The notes under the pieces are model-generated. The model was not told where the DNA came from, searched no databases, and saw only the letters and a list, made by a program, of their open reading frames with translations. A stretch of DNA of 24,000 nucleotides. It comes from Rickettsiales bacterium. GTDB lineage: Bacteria > Pseudomonadota > Alphaproteobacteria > Rickettsiales > UBA3002. The stretch is taken from contig PBPD01000069.1 in NCBI GenBank assembly GCA_002725445.1, positions 1 to 24,000 on the forward strand, in the 5' to 3' direction. Within the stretch, counting starts at the first letter, position 1. The number at the start of each line of letters is the position of its first letter. A program made the position numbers and the translations under genes. Below are positions 16,110 through 22,442 of the stretch, piece by piece.

Positions 16110-16178
16110 TGTATAAAACCTCTTCTGTAGATTGGTTAGGTTATTCGAAGCGAATTCGCTAGAGTAATCCTCTAAAAC

Positions 16179-16196
16179 GTCGTTATTAATAACGAC
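16179..16196. promoter_or_regulatory. perfect 18-bp palindrome GTCGTTATTAATAACGAC, a candidate operator or 5' leader hairpin
   Basis: The sequence is its own reverse complement. It lies 70-87 nt upstream of the RTX-like gene ATG and overlaps the candidate -10 element. Confidence 0.5.
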
Positions 16197-16213
16197 CCGA
16201 TAAAGGATTGCAA
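16186..16213 (-). promoter_or_regulatory. candidate sigma70-type promoter of the RTX-like gene
   Basis: The reverse strand reads TTGCAA (16213-16208), a 16-nt spacer, then TATTAA (16191-16186). This would give a leader of about 70-75 nt. It is a pattern match only. Confidence 0.3.
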
Positions 16214-16377
16214 GTATAAAGCTTTCCTATAATCAGGCCCCGCCACAGATAATTCTGTGAGCAGTTATGCGTAACGTTAAGCCACGGCCTAATCCCAAAG
16301 TCAACGGTTTTTACTTAGGGTTTTTCGCATGTAATGGGGTTGCAGAGGGTGTTGTTGCAACAATGCAACATGTGACG

Positions 16378-17196
16378 TTAGAGTAGGTCGGCAAAGGCTT
16401 TGCGGGTGCGCGCAAACCATGCCCAGCCCAAAGCGGCGACAACAGCGCCTCCAGCGCTGTATGCCCCGATAATTAGCGTGCTTGGGGCATTATGCTCAAA
16501 AAGTACGACACGGCTTTGCTCGATGATGGGGGTGAGTGGATTTAAGGCTAAAAAGGGGCGATAGGCCTCGGGCAATGCCTCTGCGGGGTAGAATATAGGG
16601 CTGAGGAACAGCAATGCCATGCTGAAGAGTCCCATAATATGTGCAATATCGCGTAAAAACACGCCGAGTGACGCCAGAAACCAGCTGATTCCCAGGCCAA
16701 ATAGAATAAAAGGTGCCCAGATAACGGGCAGCCATAAAGCGCCGATTGGGAGTGTTTCATAGACATACAGATATGCACCAAAGAGAATCACATAGCTGAT
16801 GAGTGTGTGAAATAATGCGCTGGCCACACACACCACTGGCAGCAGCCCCAGCGGGAAAATAACTTTTTTGGCGTAATTGGTGTTGCTGAGGATGAGGGCA
16901 GGCGAACGGGTGAGCACTTCGGCGAAAAAGGCGTGTACTATCAGGCCAGCGAATAATATGACCGCAAAGCTTTGCAGGCCTGCATCGGAGGTTTCCATGC
17001 CCCAGCGCGCCTTGAAGACGACGGTGAACACAAACGTATAGATGCCGAGCATGAGTAGCGGCACGATAAACGCCCACACAATGCCAAAGAGCGAGCCACG
17101 ATAGCGCTCGGCAATGTCACGGCGGATCAGCTGCCATGCCAGACTGCGTTGTGCCCAAAGTGAGCTGCGGGATGAACTGGATGTTTCAGTGTGCAT
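16378..17196 (-). CDS. ABC-2 type polysaccharide/O-antigen/teichoic-acid exporter permease (Wzm/TagG/KpsM-like)
   Basis: Track ORF 16378..17271, trimmed to the ATG at 17196 (MHTETSSSSRSSLWAQRSLAWQLIRRDIAERYRGSLFGIVWAFIVPLLML...). This start avoids a 44-nt overlap with the upstream gene. The RDIxxRYRGSxxGxxWxxxxPL motif plus 6 TM segments is the hallmark of COG1682-type permeases. Confidence 0.8.
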   Translation of the reverse strand: MHTETSSSSRSSLWAQRSLAWQLIRRDIAERYRGSLFGIVWAFIVPLLMLGIYTFVFTVVFKARWGMETSDAGLQSFAVILFAGLIVHAFFAEVLTRSPALILSNTNYAKKVIFPLGLLPVVCVASALFHTLISYVILFGAYLYVYETLPIGALWLPVIWAPFILFGLGISWFLASLGVFLRDIAHIMGLFSMALLFLSPIFYPAEALPEAYRPFLALNPLTPIIEQSRVVLFEHNAPSTLIIGAYSAGGAVVAALGWAWFARTRKAFADLL

Positions 17197-17227
17197 GCAG
17201 AGTGCATAGCCAGTTATTGCCGCTTGG

Positions 17228-18124
17228 TCAATCGTGCTTCGCTGTGATCTTGCGTGAAGTGATGGCTTCACGGTGTGCGATATAGATGGTGCTGGCTACG
17301 ATCAGCCCGCCGCCTATCCATGTGTTGACGGTCGCAATTTCGCCAAACGCCCAATAAACAAAAATAGCCGTGAAGATGAGGCGGGTGAAATCAAATGGCA
17401 TGAGCACCACCAGATCGGCGCTGGCATAGGCGCGCACCAGACACCAATGCGCCGCCGTGGAAGCCAGCGCGATGCATAGGCACAATGCGAGATGATCCAT
17501 GGTCATGCTTTTCCAGAATGGAATAGCCATGGGTAGCGCCCAGAGCATCATGAAAAAGGCCATATAGAAAATGATGAGGGTGGGGCTTTCGGTGCGGGTG
17601 AGCTTTTTGACCAGCAGGCCAGCCGTTGCCCACATTGAGGTGGCGAATAGTACCACAAAGGCATCGCTTTCAAACGCGGCCGGATCGGGATTGATAATGA
17701 TGAGCGTGCCAACAAAGCCGATGATAACGGCTGACCATCGCCGCCATCCAGCCCGCTCATTAAGGAAGATAATGGCGAAAATAGTGGTGAAGATGGGGGC
17801 GGTGAAGCTGAGCGCCGTGGCCTGATTAAGTGGCATAAGTGTGATGGCATAGAACCAGCTTTGCATGCCGATGATGCCAATGGTGGCACGCCAGAAATGC
17901 CCCCATAATTTTTCTGTCTTGAGGATGCCCGTGCCGTGATAAACGATCCATGGCATCAGCAGCATGACGCTGAACATATTGCGGATGAAGACGATCTGGG
18001 TGGTGTGGAGGTCTTCTGAGACAAAGCGGATCGCGACGTTCATGGCCGAGAAAAACGCCATGCTGCCCATCATGCAAATGATGCCAAGCAAAACCGATTG
18101 GCTGGTAGGGGAAGGGTTGGACAC
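17228..18124 (-). CDS. DMT (EamA-type) superfamily transporter, paralog 2
   Basis: Track ORF 17228..18355. The first ~77 residues are Pro/Arg/Ser-rich, non-membrane, and overlap the glnD start. I place the start at the GTG at 18124 (VSNPSPTSQSVLLGIICMMGSMAFF...), which gives ~298 aa and keeps TM1 intact. The ATG at 18073 would truncate TM1. The exact start remains uncertain. Confidence 0.7.
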   Translation of the reverse strand: MSNPSPTSQSVLLGIICMMGSMAFFSAMNVAIRFVSEDLHTTQIVFIRNMFSVMLLMPWIVYHGTGILKTEKLWGHFWRATIGIIGMQSWFYAITLMPLNQATALSFTAPIFTTIFAIIFLNERAGWRRWSAVIIGFVGTLIIINPDPAAFESDAFVVLFATSMWATAGLLVKKLTRTESPTLIIFYMAFFMMLWALPMAIPFWKSMTMDHLALCLCIALASTAAHWCLVRAYASADLVVLMPFDFTRLIFTAIFVYWAFGEIATVNTWIGGGLIVASTIYIAHREAITSRKITAKHD

Positions 18125-18171
18125 GTGCGTGCTTTCTCGTATGATGTGGCTAACGAGGCTAGATATAGGCA

Positions 18172-20907
18172 ATGACGGTGAAGAATCCGAGTGATTTTTT
18201 TGATAGCGACGCGTTGAAGGCGCGGGTGGCGCAAAAAGCAGGGAATGTGCAGGATGATAGCGCTTATTATCCATTGTTGCTGGAAGAACTGAAGCCCGCC
18301 TATGAGGCAGGGCGCGCGGCAATCCGCCAGCGGTTCGAGAGCGAAGGCAAGGCACTGCAAACGCTCAAACATTATAGCCAGCTTACCGATAAAGTATTAC
18401 GCGTGCAGGCAGAATGCTGGCAGGCACGGCTGGGGCTGGCCAACAAGCAGGTGTTGTGTATTGCGACAGGTGGCTATGGGCGTCAGGAGTTGTTTCCCTA
18501 TTCGGATATCGACTTATTATTCATTCATACCGGCACGCAAAAAGCGAAGATCGAGCAATTTGTGCAGCAGATTTTGTATGGTTGCTGGGACCTGGGGCTG
18601 AAAGTGGGCCATGCGTTGCGTACGTCTGATGAGGCTATGCCGATGGCGCGCGATGATGCCACCATATGCTCGGCCATGCTGGATATGCGGCGCTTATGGG
18701 GCAGCCAATCGCTGTATAAGCAATTTACCGAGCGGTTTCGTGAGGAAGTGCAGGGTGCAGAGCCGCAGCAATTTATGGAAGCCAAGCTGGAAGAGCGCCG
18801 CAAGCGTATTGCCAAGGCGGGGGACTCGCGCTTTTTGCTGGAGCCGAATGTGAAATCGGGTAAGGGCGCGCTGCGTGACATACATACGTTGGAGTGGCTG
18901 GCGAAATATATGTATGGGGTGGCGCGTGTGAGTCAGCTGGTAGAGCGCGGTGTACTCACCAAAGACGAGCTGCGGGATTATACCCGTGCGCGGCAGTTTC
19001 TGGTGACAGTACGCATGCATCTGCACATGCTGGCGGGGCGTCCTGAAGAACGGCTGACCTTTGACATGCAGAAACGTATTGGTGAGCAGTTGGGGTATCG
19101 CACGCACCACGAGCACCGACCGGTTGAGCGTTTTATGAAACGCTATTTTCAGGTGGCGAAAGTGGTGGGCAATCTGACACGGCTGTTTTGCGCCGTGCTG
19201 GAAGAAGAGAAAAAGCGTAAACCGCTCTATCAGCTGGGGCGCTTGTGGCAGCGCACACGGCGGCTGGAAGGCTTTATCGTGGATAATGAACGGCTGAATG
19301 TGGAGGATGAGCAGCAATTTGATACCCAGCCTATCGATATGCTGCGGCTGTTTCATACCGCGCAAGCCTATGAGCTGGATTTGCACCCCAAAGCGCTGCA
19401 GCTGGTGGCACGCCATTTGCCGCGCATCGACCATGAAGTGCGGCATGCGCCTGAAGCAAACCGTCTGTTTATGGAGATGCTGTTATCGGACAAGGGACCG
19501 GAAGTTACCTTGCGACGTATGAACGAGGCGGGGGTGCTGGCGCAGTTTCTGCCTGAGTTTGGCCAGATCGTGGGGCAAATGCAGTATGATATGTATCATA
19601 TCTATACTGTTGATGAGCATGTGATTGTAGCGCTGGGGATTTTGCATGCGGTGGAGCAGGGCAAAGTGAGCGACGAGTTACCGCTCAGCACGCGGGTGAT
19701 TCAGCAAATACAATCCCGCCGCGCGCTCTATGTGGGGTTGTTATGTCACGATATTGCCAAAGGGCAGGGCGGTGATCATGCGCATCGGGGTGTGCAGATT
19801 GTGCGCAAGCTGGGGGCGCGGTTTGGCCTGAATGAGTCAGAAACCGAGCTGGCCGCATGGCTGGTAGAAGCGCATCTTGTCTTCAGCGATACGGCGTTTA
19901 AGCGTGATCTGGACGATAAGAAAACCATTGAGGATTTCATTGCAGAAGTGCAGTCGCTGGAGCGGTTACGTCTTTTGCTGCTGATCACGGTGGCGGATAT
20001 TCGCGCGGTTGGGCCGAATATCTGGAATCGCTGGAAGGGCTCGCTGCTGCGTGAGCTGTATACCCGTGCTGAAATGGTGATGACAGGCGGAGCGTATCTG
20101 CACGACCATGCGCAGGTAGAGATCATCAAAGAGTCGCTTGCCCGTCAGCTGGAAGACTGGGGTGAGGAAGAGTGCGCGGAATATCTGGCGGAAGAGGATA
20201 CGAGTTTCTGGCTGCATCGCTCGGTGGAAGAGCATGTGCAGCTGGCGGACATGGTGCGCCGCCTGCGACGCGGCGAAGAAAATATGGGCGTGGATTATTC
20301 CATTGATGCAGAAAACGGGGTGACTTATGTGACGGTCTGTCTGACCGAACAGCCTGATGCGCTGGTGCATGTGGCGGGGGTGATGCAGCGTATTGGGGCG
20401 AGCATTGTCGGTGCCAAATTATTTGTGTTGAAAGGTAATTTGCATGTGGTGTCGCTGATGGTGCAGCATTTGAAAGGGCAGCCATTCAGGGACGAAGAGC
20501 GTCTTGGTCAGATGCAGGAATTATTGGCGTCTTCGCTAAACGATCCGGTGCAGGTGGAGCCAGCCTTGCAAGCGCCTACGCATTATTCGCCGCGGCTTGA
20601 TGCATTCGATGTGCCGGTGCGGGTGCTGATAGACAATGAGGTGAGCGCTACCCACACGGTGCTGGAGGTGAATGCACGTGACCGGCTGGGTTTGCTCTAT
20701 GACATTACACGCAGTTTGCACCGTTTGGGACTAAACGTGACGGCAGCGCATATTCAAACCTATGGCGAAAAGGCCGTGGATGTGTTTTATGTGAAGGATG
20801 CGTTTGGCTTCAAAGTGGTGCATTGGACCAAACTGGATGCGATTCGCAGTGCATTGCATGCAGCGGCGCAGCCGCACGAAGAAGAAAACCGACAAACCGG
20901 ATCATAA
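18172..20907 (+). CDS. glnD: bifunctional [protein-PII] uridylyltransferase/uridylyl-removing enzyme
   Basis: 911 aa. Nucleotidyltransferase motif GGYGRQELFPYSDIDLLFIH, HD domain (LLCHDIAKG...HAHRG), and two C-terminal ACT-like domains (VTVCLTEQPDALVHVAGVM..., VLEVNARDRLGLLYDITRSL...). Confidence 0.92.
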   Translation: MTVKNPSDFFDSDALKARVAQKAGNVQDDSAYYPLLLEELKPAYEAGRAAIRQRFESEGKALQTLKHYSQLTDKVLRVQAECWQARLGLANKQVLCIATGGYGRQELFPYSDIDLLFIHTGTQKAKIEQFVQQILYGCWDLGLKVGHALRTSDEAMPMARDDATICSAMLDMRRLWGSQSLYKQFTERFREEVQGAEPQQFMEAKLEERRKRIAKAGDSRFLLEPNVKSGKGALRDIHTLEWLAKYMYGVARVSQLVERGVLTKDELRDYTRARQFLVTVRMHLHMLAGRPEERLTFDMQKRIGEQLGYRTHHEHRPVERFMKRYFQVAKVVGNLTRLFCAVLEEEKKRKPLYQLGRLWQRTRRLEGFIVDNERLNVEDEQQFDTQPIDMLRLFHTAQAYELDLHPKALQLVARHLPRIDHEVRHAPEANRLFMEMLLSDKGPEVTLRRMNEAGVLAQFLPEFGQIVGQMQYDMYHIYTVDEHVIVALGILHAVEQGKVSDELPLSTRVIQQIQSRRALYVGLLCHDIAKGQGGDHAHRGVQIVRKLGARFGLNESETELAAWLVEAHLVFSDTAFKRDLDDKKTIEDFIAEVQSLERLRLLLLITVADIRAVGPNIWNRWKGSLLRELYTRAEMVMTGGAYLHDHAQVEIIKESLARQLEDWGEEECAEYLAEEDTSFWLHRSVEEHVQLADMVRRLRRGEENMGVDYSIDAENGVTYVTVCLTEQPDALVHVAGVMQRIGASIVGAKLFVLKGNLHVVSLMVQHLKGQPFRDEERLGQMQELLASSLNDPVQVEPALQAPTHYSPRLDAFDVPVRVLIDNEVSATHTVLEVNARDRLGLLYDITRSLHRLGLNVTAAHIQTYGEKAVDVFYVKDAFGFKVVHWTKLDAIRSALHAAAQPHEEENRQTGS

Positions 20908-20922
20908 AAAGGAAATCACCTG

Positions 20923-21198
20923 ATGTGGAAATTGCTTATTTTACGTTTATGGCCGGCCTTCATTCCGATTCTGCTTTATGTGCTGTGGCTGAGCTATAAG
21001 CGACGGCGTGCTAATAAGGCAGGTGAAGAGAAGCCAGGCTGGGGCGACGGGCCATTGATGAGCACATTACTGGTCAGTCTGTTGCTGGCGATTGGTAGTT
21101 TTCTGCTGTTGGGGCTGTTGCAGCCAGACAATCGCAGCGGCACTTATCGCCCGGCGGATATGTATAATGGTAGTCTGGTGCCCGGTGACATTCAATGA
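20923..21198 (+). CDS. small two-TM membrane protein, function unknown
   Basis: 91 aa with AAGGA upstream. Two hydrophobic helices (LLILRLWPAFIPILLYVLWLSY and LMSTLLVSLLLAIGSFLLLGLL) are separated by a basic loop (KRRRANKAGEEK). Its stop overlaps the cca ATG (ATGA at 21195-21198). Confidence 0.55.
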   Translation: MWKLLILRLWPAFIPILLYVLWLSYKRRRANKAGEEKPGWGDGPLMSTLLVSLLLAIGSFLLLGLLQPDNRSGTYRPADMYNGSLVPGDIQ

Positions 21199-22415
21199 CC
21201 CAGCTGGAACATGTGGCGTGGCTTAACGCACCTGCGACCCAAACATTGGTGGCCGCGTTTGAGCAGGCAGGCCAGCCACTTCGTTTTGTAGGCGGGGCGG
21301 TGCGCGATGCCTTGCTGGGGCGAGCAGTGGGCGATATTGATGCGGCGACACCTGCCCACCCTAACGACATTATGCGCATTTTACAACAAGCGGGCATTCG
21401 TGCCTTGCCGACAGGTCTGGCGCACGGCACAGTGACAGCATTAATCGACAAACAGCATATTGAGATTACGACGCTACGCAAAGATGTGGAAACCGATGGC
21501 CGCCATGCCACGGTCGATTTTACGGATAGTTGGCGCGAAGATGCTTTGCGTCGTGATTTCACCATGAATGCGCTCTATTGCACACCGCAGGGCGAAGTGA
21601 CCGACTATTTCGGCGGTATAGAAGACGCGAAGGCCGGGCGCATTATTTTCATTGGTGAGGCGCAGCAGCGTATCGAAGAAGATGCGTTGCGCATATTACG
21701 TTTTTTCCGGTTTTTTGCAGGCTATGGCACAGGCGAGCCTGATGCAACCGCGTTGGCGGCATGTCAGGCAGGCCGCGGGCAACTGGATCAGTTGTCCGGG
21801 GAGCGTATTCAGCAGGAAATGCGTAAATTATTGCTGAGCGCAGAGCCATTGGCTGCCATTCAAGCATTGCAGCAAGCCGAGATAGAGCCGCATGTGTGGG
21901 CGGGCACATGCCAAACAGACGCGTTGGCCATATTGCAAGCTAACCCACACCCGCAGGCGCATGACCCATGGCTACGGCTGGCTGCGCTATTGCGCTGTGG
22001 TGAGATGCCTGCCAAGCAGGTGGCGTTTGTGCTGAAACGCTGGCGGATGTCGAACAAAGATGCGGAGCGGCTTAGCGCTTTGGTGGAAGCTGATTTGCCC
22101 GATGGATTATTGGATGAAGCCGCGCAAAAGCGTTGGCTGCGATTCCATGGTGCGTCGCGCTTTGTGTCGCAGGTATTATTGGCCTGGGCCAATCAGCCCG
22201 ATGCAGCGTCTGCGTGGCAGGCGATGTTGGCACTGGCAGACCAATGGGAGATTCCAACCTTTCCGGTAACCGGCAAAGATATTGTGGGTTTGGGGCATGG
22301 TGCGGGGCCAGACATTGGCACGATTTTGCTGGAGCTGGAAGCCTATTGGGAGGACAACCATTATGCACCTGACAAAAACGCATTGCTTGCGCGCGTGGAG
22401 CGCGGTGATCTTTAA
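21195..22415 (+). CDS. cca: CCA tRNA nucleotidyltransferase (poly(A) polymerase head-domain family, short form)
   Basis: 406 aa. Motifs: FVGGAVRDALLGRAVGDIDAAT, then TLRKDVETDGRHA and RRDFTMNALY. Confidence 0.85.
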   Translation: MTQLEHVAWLNAPATQTLVAAFEQAGQPLRFVGGAVRDALLGRAVGDIDAATPAHPNDIMRILQQAGIRALPTGLAHGTVTALIDKQHIEITTLRKDVETDGRHATVDFTDSWREDALRRDFTMNALYCTPQGEVTDYFGGIEDAKAGRIIFIGEAQQRIEEDALRILRFFRFFAGYGTGEPDATALAACQAGRGQLDQLSGERIQQEMRKLLLSAEPLAAIQALQQAEIEPHVWAGTCQTDALAILQANPHPQAHDPWLRLAALLRCGEMPAKQVAFVLKRWRMSNKDAERLSALVEADLPDGLLDEAAQKRWLRFHGASRFVSQVLLAWANQPDAASAWQAMLALADQWEIPTFPVTGKDIVGLGHGAGPDIGTILLELEAYWEDNHYAPDKNALLARVERGDL

Positions 22416-22442
22416 CCCAAATCCATTTGCCGTAATGTGAGC

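Noticed and set aside
13506-16130. An 874-aa ORF on the + strand, the longest + strand ORF in this region.
   Set aside because: It is the codon-aligned mirror of the reverse-strand RTX-like gene. It stays open only because that gene never uses TTA, CTA or TCA. Its translation is low-complexity (V/T/S/G/C-rich) with no recognisable domain, its start is a TTG, and it has no RBS context. The reverse-strand gene has the RBS, RTX motifs and operon context.
16208-16233. A + strand TTGCAA followed by a perfect TATAAT (16228-16233), which looks like a promoter.
   Set aside because: The spacer is only 14 nt, outside the usual 15-19 range. The next + strand gene is nearly 2 kb away (glnD at 18172), so transcription would only run antisense to the Wzm-like gene. 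An antisense promoter is possible but unsupported.
18125-18355. N-terminal extensions offered by the ORF track: DMT paralog 2 to 18355, Wzm-like permease to 17271, scoA to 1345.
   Set aside because: The extensions are not family-like. The DMT extension is a Pro/Arg/Ser-rich non-membrane sequence. They overlap neighbouring genes (184 nt into glnD; 44 nt into the DMT gene) or start at TTG. Internal starts at 18124, 17196 and 1291 give normal lengths and intact first TM or N-terminal motifs.
18694-19446. Long antisense or shadow ORFs inside well-supported genes. Examples are 18694-19446 (-) in glnD, 7692-8429 (-) in the GT4 gene, 10468-11313 (+) in the MFP gene, 2078-2551 (-) in DUF2336-1, and 121-645 (+) in scoB.
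   Set aside because: Each lies entirely within a gene whose product has clear family motifs. Their translations are compositionally odd (H/R/C/Q-rich) and show no recognisable motifs.
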